This document shows, one piece after another, positions 25,488-45,058 of a DNA stretch of 64,000 bases. Source of the DNA: Piromyces finnis finn (taxonomy: Eukaryota; Fungi; Neocallimastigomycota); NCBI GenBank assembly GCA_002104945.1, contig MCFH01000004.1, positions 186,001 through 250,000 of the forward strand, given 5' to 3'. Numbering within the stretch: position 1 is the stretch's first letter; each line of letters starts with the position of its first letter. The position numbers and the translations under genes are program-made. The notes below the pieces were generated by a model. It had not been told where the DNA came from. It ran no database searches and worked only from the letters and a program-made list of their open reading frames with translations.

Positions 25488-27318
25488 ATGAGATCTACTC
25501 AGGCCTTAGGTCTTACTGCTTTATTAGTTGCTAAAGTTTTAGCTTCATGCCAAGAAGGTTACGAATGCTGTTCTTCTTGTAATGTTATTTACACTGACGA
25601 CGATGGTAATTGGGGTGTTGAAAACGATCAATGGTAAAAATAAATATTAATAAAAATTTTATTATTATCAATATAATTAATAATGTGATATAAAAACATA
25701 TGAAAATAATATTAACATATATTAAATATTCAATTGATAAAGGTGTGGTATTGATGAAGAAAAGTGTAGCGGTTCTGGTGCTACTGAAAAATGTTTCAGT
25801 AGTAAATTAGGTTACCCATGTTGTACTTCTACTACTGACGTTATTACCGAAGATGAAGATGGTAAGTGGGGTTTAGAAAATGGTGATTGGTGCGGTATTC
25901 AAGAAACTTCTGCTGCTGAAGAAGACGATTGTGGTGAATATGGATGCTGTGCTCATTGTAATGCCATCTACGAAGATGAAGATGGTTTATGGGGTGTTTC
26001 TAATGGTGAATGGTGTAAAATTAAGAAGAACTGTAGTGCTTCTGCTACCACTACTAAATCTAACAACACTAAGACCACTAAGCCAACTTCTCAAGGTGTT
26101 ACTAGAACTACCCTTGAAAATGGTGGTGTCCTTGAATCTGGTGTTTTCACTACTTTACCACCATCTCACACTCAACCACCATACCCACATGCTGAAAACA
26201 CTGGTCTCGCTTCTTGTGGTGCCAAGTGGACTTTAGTTGATAACGTTTGTGTAGCTATGTATTGTGAAGACGATTTATCTTCTGAAAACTGTGATGAATG
26301 TGGTGGTGTTGCTGGTGAAAACGGTTGTGTTGCTGTTGACTCCTCCTTATGTAAGTCTGGTATTTGGGAAGAAGTTCACGATGCTCAAGATCAACCATGG
26401 AAGTTTTCCAGATCTACTCACTTCGGTTTAACTTACGGTGGTGCTTGTGGTTTCGGTTTATATGGTTTATGTACTACTAAGTACAATGAAACTGGTGAAC
26501 TCTGTATGAGATTCTGTGACAAATACCCAGATCTTTGTGCTGATCCACCAAACATTTCTTTAAGAGGTAACTTCTGTGCTCCAAACGGTAACTACTACAC
26601 TCAATTCTGGTCTTCTCTTCCAGGAGATTATGATAACTACCTTTCCTGTGGTGAATGTTATGAAGTTGAAAGAACTCAACCAGATGGTTCATCTTACCCA
26701 GAAGGTGAAGGTACTGATAACATTCTTTTACAAGTTGTTGATTCCTGTCCATGTACTGCTAATGCTAAGTGGTGCTGTGGTTCTGGTGTTGATCACTGTA
26801 ATGAAATTGACTTCAAATATGGTTGTCCAATCCCAGAAGGTAGCTGGCACGTTGATTTATCTGATATTGCTATGTCTCGTTTACAAACTAACGATCCATA
26901 CGGTGGAATGGTTGATGGTGTTATTCCAATTCGTTACAAGCGTGTTCCATGTCCAGTCAAGGGTAACATTCACGTCTGGTTACGTCCAGGTGCCGGTCAA
27001 TGGTACTTTGCTCTTACCGTTGTCAATGTTGCTAACATGGGTTCTCTTGTTGCCGTAGAAGTCCAACAATCTGATGGTCAATGGGTTCCATTAGTTCGTG
27101 ATCCAAACTACTCTACTACTAGACCACAAGAACGTTACGGTTCATGGACTGTCAAGCAAGGTACTGGTCCATTCACCACTCCAATGAACATGCGTTTCAC
27201 TGATTCTGCTTTCAACACTCTTACTGCTGAAGGTGCTATCCAAAGTTTCGGTGATGTCGATGATGATATGTACGATTTCTACTACATTGATACTGGTGTT
27301 CAATTCCCAATGCCATAG
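25488..27318 (+). CDS. Secreted swollenin (expansin-like DPBB plus CBM63-like domain) with three N-terminal fungal dockerin (CBM10-like) modules
   Basis: Exons 25488-25633 and 25743-27318 (one GT-AG intron). Signal peptide [19 protein letters not shown], three GY.CC...D.DG.WG..N..WC modules and a Thr-rich linker. These are followed by [61 protein letters not shown] and RPQERYGSW, as recalled for Trichoderma SWO1. Strong codon bias. Confidence 0.95.
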
Positions 27319-28064
27319 ATTTAATTTATCATATAATATTTTTATATCTTAATTATATAAATAAATTAAATAGAAAGATAAATGAAATAATAAAATAAAA
27401 AATAAAAAAAAAAAAATTATTTATTTTGTTAAATAAAAAATAAAAAAAGGAAAGTAAAAAACGATAGATACGTTTTTACTTTTCTATGTATTTATACTAT
27501 AGAAATACAATAGTAGTATAAATATTAAATATATCAAATTGTATAAATTAAAAAAAATAATAAAATAATTTAAAAAAAAAAAAAGCAAAGAAAAAATAAA
27601 TAAATTTCTTTTAAAAAAATCGATAAATTGAGTTAATTTTTTAAATAGATAAAGTATGCAAAGTATCTAACAAAAAGAAACAAATAGATGGTGATGTTAT
27701 TTATAATAAATTTTTACTTTTAGGTCATGTGTTTTATAATAGTAAAAATATGTTATAATCTTAAATTGTAAAAGGAAAAATTTCAAGGAAGAAAAATAAT
27801 TTTTAAAGTTATTTTATTTATTTTTACAATATTAAAATTGATTATTAAATAAAGTATTATATATGGAAGAAGAAAAGTAGAGAGAGGAAAAAAAAAAGAA
27901 GAAAAATAAAATTAAATAAATATTATATTTTATTAATAGATTATACCCAAATTATATATGAATTAAAAGGAATAAATAAAAAAAAAGATATAAAATAATA
28001 TAAAAATTATTTTAATTTTATTTTTTTAAAGAAAAAAACAAAACTATTTATATTTTTAAACTAT

Positions 28065-32701
<4,637 letters not shown>

Positions 32702-33603
32702 TTAATTTATATATACTTTAATAAAATAGATTCCAAATGATATATTATAATTCTAAGCAATGCTATTTTATGAATGGTGTATTGTTAAATATTAATGGAA
32801 TTTATATAGTTAATTAATGAACTAATTAACTTTCAATATACAATTTTGAAATTAGAAATTTTAAATTCTCAACAAAGATTTTTCCTTAAAAGTTAATGAA
32901 TTTTATTTTTTATTTGTAAAGTTAACTTGATTGTGAAAGAGGTATAATAATAATTTAATAATAATATATTTTTGTAAAGAGAATATTAAAATATAATAAA
33001 TATTGAAGTTTTTTTTTAATTATTATTAAATTATTATTTGGTTAAATTTATTATAAAGTAAATGTGTTAATATACTTTTATAAAAAAAATTATTTTTTTT
33101 ATTTTATTTTTCAAAAAATTTTTAATAATTATTTATTATATTTAAAATTTAAAAATCCAATCAATATATATAATTTAAGAAATATTAAAATAATAATTAA
33201 ATACTTTTACTATCTATTAAAGTTTTACTATTATAAAAAAATATATATTATATATAATGGAAAACTAAAAAATCAAACGCTAATGAAGAGTTTATACAAA
33301 GAAATAAAACACATTAATTATATTTAATAACTAAAAAAAATAATAGTTTATATATGCAAACAAGCTTTATATATAAAAATTTTCAATTATTTTTAATTAT
33401 TTTATTTAATATATTTTTATTATTTGAGTATAATTATACATAGAAATGAATTGGATATCATCTAATATAGGTCTGAATTTTATAGTTTAATTTTTTTTTT
33501 TGCTAAAATTAAATCAATAGTAATTGACTGATAAAATAAAATCCTGATTTTTATTTTTATCATTAATTTATAAAACTAATGAATAAATTCTTTATTTTTC
33601 GGT

Positions 33604-35558
<1,955 letters not shown>

Positions 35559-36761
35559 TTTTATTAAATATTATAATTAGTAATTAGTAGAGAAAAAGAA
35601 AAAAATTGAAAAATTAAACTTCTCAATTGTGGATAATTTATCTAATAATATATTAATAATATATAATAATGTATTATCTGAATCTGATCTTTAATTTTTA
35701 AAGTTTTTTTGCGAAGTTAAAAAAAATATATATATATATATATTAATGTATACATTATGTATTGATTAATATCATATTATCGAATACATTGTATACAACA
35801 AATTTAGTAATGTAAATAAATGTAAGTTAATTTTAAGGATTCTACCTTATTCTTTGATATATTCTAAATTATCTATTTATATAATTATTTATTCATTTAT
35901 TTAACATTAATTAATTATATTAATTAATTATTAAACTTTCAAATATTAATTAAATTCTCAATAATATCTTTATCCATTTTAAGAGATATCGAACTTTATA
36001 TTTTTTTCTTTTTACCTTAAAAAACAAAATCCTAAATTATATCAAAAAGAAATTAAAAAAAAAAAAAAGAAAAAAGAAAAAAGAATAAAAAGTAATATTT
36101 TTAAAAAACAGATAATAATATATTTTTATTTAATATTTGAAAATTTTAAAGATATATTAATATAAAGGAATATTATTATTAAATACATGAATGAATTCAA
36201 CTTGAAAATAAAATGATTTTGAAAAAGAAAATAATTTATTCATAAAATAACAATCGAGAGGAGGGAGAAAAAAATTAATTCGAGTTAAAAAAAAAATTGA
36301 CCATATAATTTATATTTATAATTTAAAATTAGAGAAAAAGTAAATCATACATCAATTGATATTATTTTTTTGAAATGATTAAAATTATAAACCTTTATCA
36401 ATTGAAAAGCAAACCTATTGATATAAATAATGAAAAATATGATAAAACAAAATAATAATAATAAAAAAAAAGCACTTTAATATTTTTATATATTGAAAAA
36501 AAAAGGAGTATTAATGGAAAATTAAAACAAAATGCTAAATATCAATTAAATATATAATTAAAAGAATATTGCTTTTATTATCAATAATAATAATAATAAT
36601 AAATCAATAACTAATATTTCTAATATGTAAAAACAGGAGAAACAACAACAACAGAAAAAATAATAAACATTCATATAAATTTATATAATATTATACTCAT
36701 TAATTTTAAATTTCAAATTATTATATTATATAATTAAGATAAAATAAAACTATACAATACA

Positions 36762-37722
36762 ATGGGAGGTGAAGCTCTTTTATTCTTATTCGCAGCTATT
36801 TTGTCTGCATTATTATTATTCATTATGGTTTACTTTGTATCCTTTTTATATATATTTTACTTTTAATTATTAAAATACTAAAAAAAAAGGCATATTGTTA
36901 TTTTCCTTAATTGCTTTCTTTTTCTTCTAAAAAAAAATCAATAATAATGACTAGATAATTATGTTCTCTGATTTAGAATGTGATTATATTAATCCAATTG
37001 ATCTCTGTTCCAAGTTAAACCAAGTATGTTTTAATATTTCAATTAATCAAAAATAGTAAATAATAAATTATAGTTCCACTAATAATTTATTTATTTATAT
37101 AATTATTTGTATATTAAATTATATAATAATAGTTTGTTTTACCAAACTATATAGCTCATACTGTATTAACTGTATTATTCCTACTTACTGGAAAATGGTT
37201 GTCATTCTTATTCAATTTACCTTTAGTAATTTACAATGTTAAAAGGTAAGGAACAGTGTTTTTTAAAAAAATAATAATTTAAGTAAATAAATAATCAAAG
37301 TAACTTTTTTTTTTTTTTTAATAATGTTATTAAAATAAAAATAAATCAATATAATACAAAAATAGATATATGGATAATAAGCATATGTATGATGCTACTG
37401 AAATCTTTAGAACTCTTTCATATGATAAGAAGGAAAGCTTTATTAAATTAATATTTTTCTTTATTTCATTCTTCTTATGTAAGCTAATTTTTTATTAAAA
37501 AATTATAAATAATTTTTTAACTGTACAATGTTTTAATACTAACAAATCGAATATTTTTTGAATTTATTTAATATGAAATAAAAAGACCTCTATGGGTATG
37601 CTATTTATTATAATTTATAATTAAATATTTTAATTGATTATATTTCTAATTATATATTTTTAATATATATTAATTATTTATATATCAACAGAATGGTTAT
37701 GTCTATTTTACATAACAAATAA
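36762..37722 (+). CDS. ERV14: Cornichon family ER cargo receptor (Erv14/CNIH)
   Basis: MGGEALLFLFA...VYF|IIMFSDLECDYINPIDLCSKLNQ|FVLP...FNLPL|...MYDATEIFRTL...KESFIKL..FL|YLYG|MVMSIL. Six exons, including a 10-nt exon at 37586-37595. Confidence 0.95.
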
Positions 37723-39588
37723 ATTAATATCAATACAAAATACCAGAAATCAGGAATTTAAAAGCATAAAATAGCTTTATCATTTATAGAATTTTGAAAT
37801 AAAATGATAATACTTTATTTAAATATAATTTATACTAATTAATAAATGCAAAATAAAATTTAATATTAAAACATAATACTTTTATATATATATATATAAC
37901 AAATATAAATAAAAGAATAAAGAATGAATAAAATATTTATTAAATTAATATTTTTAGTATTGGTAATAATAAATAATAATGAACTTGGTATACTAATAAT
38001 ATGAATTTTAAATAAATGATTAATTTATCACATGGTTTATAATAATAAAATAGAGGTTCATCAATATTCCTTGTTATGATAATACTTTAAAATGGTTATT
38101 GTTGTTGTTGTTGTACTCTTCTTTTATAACGTTTTTTAAAAATATGATTTATCATATAACTCATTAATCTCAAATATTCATTGTTTATTTGAATTTTTAT
38201 ATATAATATAATACTCGTTTTGTTTTACTTTTATGATAATTAATTTCTTTCTTTTTTTTTTTATTTTTATATAACATTATATAAGATATAAAACAACAAC
38301 AACAATTCAAATTTTATTCACAGTTATTTATGTTATAAAATATTTGAAATATGCTCAATTATTTTTATATATATAATATGCAAAACTTTATTAAATAAAT
38401 AACTATCTTTAACTAAATATATAAGGAAAGAAAAAAAGATTACTTCTTAATATCAATTTTAATATAATTTTTTCAAATTTTTAAATCAATATTATGTATA
38501 TTTACTTTAAATATGGCATTATTATTATTCTAATTATTATTATTATTCACAGCTACATCACATAAGGTAACTTTACAAAAAAAAATTAATATTTATATAA
38601 TTAAAGTTTATATAAAATTAGTAAATTTATAAAAATATCAGCAAACCTTAAATAACTATAAATAAATGGTGTTATATTTTATATTTTCTTAATTTTTATT
38701 ATTCTGATATAAAATAAAAATTATTATAAACTTATTTTCAGTAATTTTTTTATATAAATATATATTTATATTTGAAGTTTATTATTATTTATTTATAAAT
38801 TTTAAAGAATATCAAATAGCATAGTAAAAACTTTATATTAATATTAAAAAAGAAAAATATTATAATAAGTATTAAATAAAAAAGTCGTTTTAGTATTTAT
38901 AGATATGATTTTTTCATTTACTTGACTTTTTCTTATGGTTTTGAAAAAAGTTTTATTAGCTTATAAAAAAAATTAAATAAATAAAAAAAAAAACATAAAA
39001 TCCACAATTTATTTAATTTAATGAATGCATAAATATATATTAAATAAATTAAGATTATATATTTAAATTAATAAACAAATAAATAATTTTTTAATTTATT
39101 TTTTTAATAAAAATATATTAAATAAAATTAAATAAACAAACTTTGAAAAATAAATAAAGAAATTTTTAACCAATTTTTTTTTAAAAAAAAAAAATAGCTA
39201 AAGAAAAAATAACATAAAAGTACAAATTATAATTTATTATTATAAAAAAACTTAACTTCAGGTATTAATATACTTCTTTAATAAGTCATTTGATTAAGAT
39301 TCATCTATACATCATTATTTAAGCATATATAAAAAAGATTAAATGGATATATCTATATAATGTTTTACTCTTTTATATTAATATTAAAATAAACCATTAT
39401 TGAACAGTAATATATATATATATATATATTATATATAAAGCAAAACAAAAAAAAAAAAAAAAAAAAAAAAAAAACATATAAGATAAAATATATTATAGAT
39501 TAAATATTATTTTTATTATTGATAATTTCATAGAGTAAAAAAAAAAAATAAGGCTGGCTATAATATAAAAAAAGAAAATTTTAATGAA

Positions 39589-42500
39589 ATGGATTATGCA
39601 AATAATGTTCAAGATAACATAGAAGCAACAGATGAATATAATGATGTTGGTTATAGCCAAACTCACTTGATTGAAAAATTAGTACATGAAAATTATATTA
39701 ATAACAATAAGGATAATGATGATGATAAATATTTCAATGATTGTAATAAAACAAGTCCTAAACAACATAATCTTAAAATATTTCGAGACCAAAAAAATAA
39801 CTATAGTAATATAAATTCATATGGTGATTCATCAATTACGGAAAGTAATGAAAATGATGATATAGAAAATGAAATGAAAAAAGATCAAAGTAGAAAAAAA
39901 AATAAAAGTATAGAAGAATTTAATAACAAAGAGAAATTAAGAGAAAAAGGAAATATATTTGTAACAAAAGAAAAAAAAAACGATGATGATGAAGATAAAC
40001 AGCAAAATAATAGAAGTGAAGTAGGTGGTAATATAAAATATATGACCATTTCTACATCCGATACTCCAAAGGAAAATATTAATCAGGATTCATTTAATTC
40101 TCATAATCAAGCTGGACAGCCTTCAAATATAAATTATAATTCCATTAATAATAATAGTGATCAAAATAACACATCTATTAACAACACTAATGAAAACAAT
40201 ATAAACAATAATATCGATAATAATAATAATAATAAAGTTATCAATAATAATGTTAGTACTAGTTGCCAGAATACAGGATTAAACAAGAGTCCCACCGTAA
40301 TATTAAATAATGAATATATACTCATTAATAACAATAATGATGAGAATAATTCATATAATAGCAATGTAAATGAAAAGCTGTCATTTAATAATCAAAATAA
40401 TAATAGTAATCATAAAAACTATAATGAACCAATATCAAATCCGTTTAGAGATCCTAGTGATCATACTGGTGTGATTTCTGAGATTTATCATAATAACAAT
40501 CAGGTTGATATTGCCACTATCCCTGTGAAAGATATTGTTGATCTACTAACTGAGAATAATAAAAATAATAAAACTGGAAATCCAATAAATGATGAAAAAT
40601 CATTAAAATTCAATTTAACACCAGATGTAACAAAAAGTTCTAAAAATTCTGAAACTATCAAAAAAGAAGAAAATAAAAAAAGGAATGGAAATAGTATTAT
40701 AACTTATAATAATTTTGGTTCTTCAGACTCAAATAGTTTAGGTGAAAGAACAAGTGTATCATCCCTATATAATAGTGATAAAAGATATACCTCTAGATAT
40801 AAAATTTATTCGGAATCATCTTCATCAATTACAGTAGCTTTTGATACTTCTCGAGAAGATACATTAACTATTTATTTATTTAATAATATATATTATATCA
40901 TTGTTCTTTATTTTATGATTATTGTTTCCTTATTCTCTATATCTTATAGTCATAGCACCACAGAATGGATGAGTATTTATGTAAATATAACATCAGAAGA
41001 TTGGGGAAATTATATAAACTCAAATACTTCAATATCAGCCAATTATATTGAAATATAGTAATTATTAATTTATATATATTTGCCTATTTTTTAAATTTTT
41101 ATTATAATTAAATAAAAATTATATTCCTATAACTTGATTTTATTTATATATACATATATTTAAATTTATAATAACATATAATATTTTATCCTTTTTAATA
41201 TATTATTTTTTTCTCATATAAAAATTATATTTTGAAAAAAGTGAATGGGGTTTAAATAAAATATGTTTAACAGAGGATGTTTCATCAGTCACTTCTCCAG
41301 TAAAAAGTAATAAAAAAATTTGTACAGATAAATGTGTTCATGCTGTTTGTGGTCATTATACCTGTCTCTCAATGTACGATAACATCAAAGAAGATGATGA
41401 AAGTCTTTCTATTGTCTTTTTTCATAATTTAAAATCATTATTTGACTATCGTCCAAGTAATAATCATTATATTAGCAAAGATAATGATAATACTAATATA
41501 ATTAATGGTGTAAACAATTATATGAAAGGTAATTATAAAAATAGTTATATTAAAAACAATAGTCAAAACATTGTATCATTTATGCATAAAAATAATATAC
41601 AAGCAAGAAGTGTTGATTATACAAATTTAAATAAAATTATGAATTATAATAAAACAAACTATGTAGTCTATAATAACGATATTGTAGTTGAATATAACGA
41701 AAACCCAAAAAAAGAAGTAGAACAGTATCACTATCCTACTGAAGAAGATGATGAAAATAAAATTATAAATATTGGAATTTTGATGGATGATGACTATATT
41801 TATGAACAGATGAAAAGTTCGAATAATTATGAAATTTCTATTGATAATTATACTTATAAATTTATTCAAAATGGAGATTCTATAACTCAACAGCAAGCAT
41901 TAAGTGAACCAAGTGAAATGTCCGCCAATATTTTTGATACTGATATATGCACTGAAATAGGAAAAGTTGAAGGCTATGTCAATGTTTGCTATTCCTGTGA
42001 AGCAATAATATTATTTATATTTACTTTAATTATCATTAAAATTATTCATTATAAAAGATTGACAGTAAGTGATGAAATCTATGAAGATACCTCAGATTTT
42101 GGTTCAAACTCTTTTTATAGTTTAACGGGATCAGAAAGAAATGAAAGTTTGCCTTCTGTTGTTAACAATCCATATAGTGTAAGAGTCTTTTATGTATATA
42201 TATATATATTATTATTATTATTATTATTATTTATTATATTCATTTGATTTTTTTTTAACATAATATATATATAATTTTTATTTGATAGTTTCCAATGAAT
42301 TATAACCATATAGCAACTACAAATCAACCAAATTATAATAATAGTATAAGAAATAGTAATATTGAAAATAATAATATGAATATTAACAATATTGAGGATA
42401 ATGTTAGTGATATTATAGAAAATGAAAATGCGAATGATATTATTACTATAACTCAATTAAAAAATCACCAACCAAAATCTATTTTAAAAAAATCAGTAAC

Positions 42501-44336
42501 TATCAATAATATTAGACCTATGATGAAAAACAGTAGTAAAGATTTATTAGGATATAATATTAATTTAAAAAGTTCTGAAAAACCTAGACGACATGCTACC
42601 ATTAATGAAAGACCTTCACAAAGAGCAAGAAAATTTTCTGCATCACCAACCCTATCCGGAACTAATATTATTTCATCAAATAAATTATCAGTAGGTGTTA
42701 ATAAACCTGTTCCAAAAGGAATTCTAAGAAATACTACACTTAGAGAAAGTGCACTTCACTATACTAACCGTGATCATCTTTTTGTAAGAGAAAGAGATAG
42801 TGATTTTAAATTAATTAAATCTAATTCTGCTGATAATTTATGCAATCGATCTATTCAAAATAATAGAAGAGTAATTTTAAAAAATAGACTTGAACCACAA
42901 GAATTTATAATAAATGAAGAAAATTTATATAACAATATCAACATAGGAAAAGAAAAAGAATATGAAACTGGAGAACAAATAAAAATACTAAAAACATATG
43001 ATATCTCATTAAGTAAGAAAAAAAAAAACATATTTTCTTTATTTTCTAAATTACATATTTGAAAAAAATTTATATATAAATATATTAAAAATTTTAAATG
43101 TTAAAAGCATTTATAAATATGGTTTATATATGTATATAATTTTTAAACATAATAACAATTAATATTTTTATAATCATATTATAAATATTATTCTTCAATA
43201 ATTTTAGATGAAACGGATGAGGCTATACGTCCAAAAAGAGACACTGTAATAGATATTGATCCATTAAATAAAACATCAGAAATTAGTTCAACTAAAGATG
43301 AAATTAAAGATATTTACGATGAACCAACATCCTTTGTAAAAACACCATTAACTAAGCATTTATCCACAGTAAGTCGAAGAAAAAGTACATTTTATACTAA
43401 TTTTGAAAATAGAGAAATAAGTTCATTTAGTATGAGTGAAAGAGGGCTTAACTATAAAGGAAATTATAATATGTCATTTAATCGACTAAATGCTCCAAAT
43501 AGCCAATACTTTCAACAACAACAATTAAGAAAACAATGTCGTTTCTCAATTATTGCTCTTTCTAAGGATGAAAATAATAATGGAGCAAATATTAAGATTC
43601 CATTGAACAATGCTTCCAACGAAGACAATAATTATATTATAGGGCATTCTACTGATCCATCAGTATTATTAAATCTCAACATTACTAAAAATTCAAACTC
43701 AAATAAGCATTCTGCTGTTGTCGTACGAAAACCAACTGATTTATTAAAAATTGGACAAACTAAGTTTATTTGTTATTGTTACATAATTATTTGTATTATA
43801 ACGCTTGCATTATGTAAGTAATCGATAAACAAAATTAATTAAATAGTACATATAATTTTTTTATTTAATTAAATAGATAATTAACTTATTATTAATAAAT
43901 ATTAATAATATAATTTTTTTAAATGTATATAAAAGTATGTTTTTGTATAATTGCAATTATTAGTTGGACAAAAATTAGAACAAGATCAAAAGTTAAAGCA
44001 ATCGGTTCTGCCTATAGTCCTGATAAAATGATTGTTATAAATGTTTCATTATTACATTTTGTCATAGGTAATTTTAATATTTTTTTTTAAATATAAATAT
44101 TCAAATTTATGTATAGCGTTTTTTTTTTTATTATCATATATAAAGAGTCATTTAATTTTTTAAAACCTATTATAGTTATATAATTTGAGTAATTATATAT
44201 AAAAAGCATTATTAATAATATAATTATTTAAATAACAATAGGTACAACTATTCAAGTAGTAACATCATTAATCATTATTTATTCCTATATATATTCATTC
44301 AATGTCATCAAAAAGACATTATACAAAAACGAATAA
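39589..44336 (+). CDS. Large hypothetical four-TM protein of claudin/PMP22/SUR7-like topology with Asn-rich expansions
   Basis: Approximate phase-consistent exons: 39589-41057, 41242-42178, 42288-43011, 43208-43811, ~43936-44067, ~44242-44336. TM1 (YYIIVLYFMIIVSLFSISY), a W-G-L-N-K-I-C motif across the first junction, loop cysteines, TM2 (AIILFIFTLIIIKII), a long cytoplasmic loop, then TM3 and TM4 near the C-terminus. The family call is inferred from topology only. Confidence 0.6.
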
Positions 44337-45058
44337 GCATTTTAAACTATATAATGTATATATATTCATTGTTGTATATTTGAATAATTAGAATTAAAAC
44401 TTAGAATATTCATCGTCTAGTTAATTATTTAATAATTTTTTTTAATATTTTATGTTTTTTTTTTTTTTTTTTTTTGTAATCCTTTTCTAAATGTAAAAAT
44501 TTTGATTTTATATTGAGAATATAAAGAGCTATAATATTTATATGTTTATATATTTTTTTAAAAAAAAAAAAAAAAGTTATTCTTAACAAATATTATCTCC
44601 TCTCACCCCTATTAATAATATATTTTACTATCTAAGCTAAAAATTGTAACCTATAAATTGTAAAAAAAAAATGTAAAATAAAAAATAAAATAAACAAAAA
44701 GCATTTATATATATATATATATGTTTTAAATATAAGCATATAAATAAAATGATAAAAAAAATATTGTAAATAAATTTATAAATAAATAAACAAGTATTTT
44801 AGTAAAAAAAAAAAAAAAAAAAAAAAAAAACCGTTTTATTTATATTTTTATTAATTATATAATTTTTATATTGTAACTGTTATTATCGTTGTATCCTTTT
44901 ATTATAATATATAAAATAATATTATAATAATTTTTTTATTTAAATTAGATTTCTGATTCTTTATTGTTTTTATTTTAGAAATTTTAATCTATTTTATTAC
45001 TTTTTCTTTTTATCTTTTTATTATTTATTTATTATATAAGATATAACAATATTTTTTT

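Noticed and set aside
26477-27058. Alternative-frame ORFs 25880-26236, 26477-26752 and 26576-27058
   Set aside because: By-products of the strong codon bias of the swollenin CDS.
40161-42456. Minus-strand hydrophobic ORFs here and at 55675-55989 and 62452-62706
   Set aside because: Antisense to Asn-rich or conserved coding exons.
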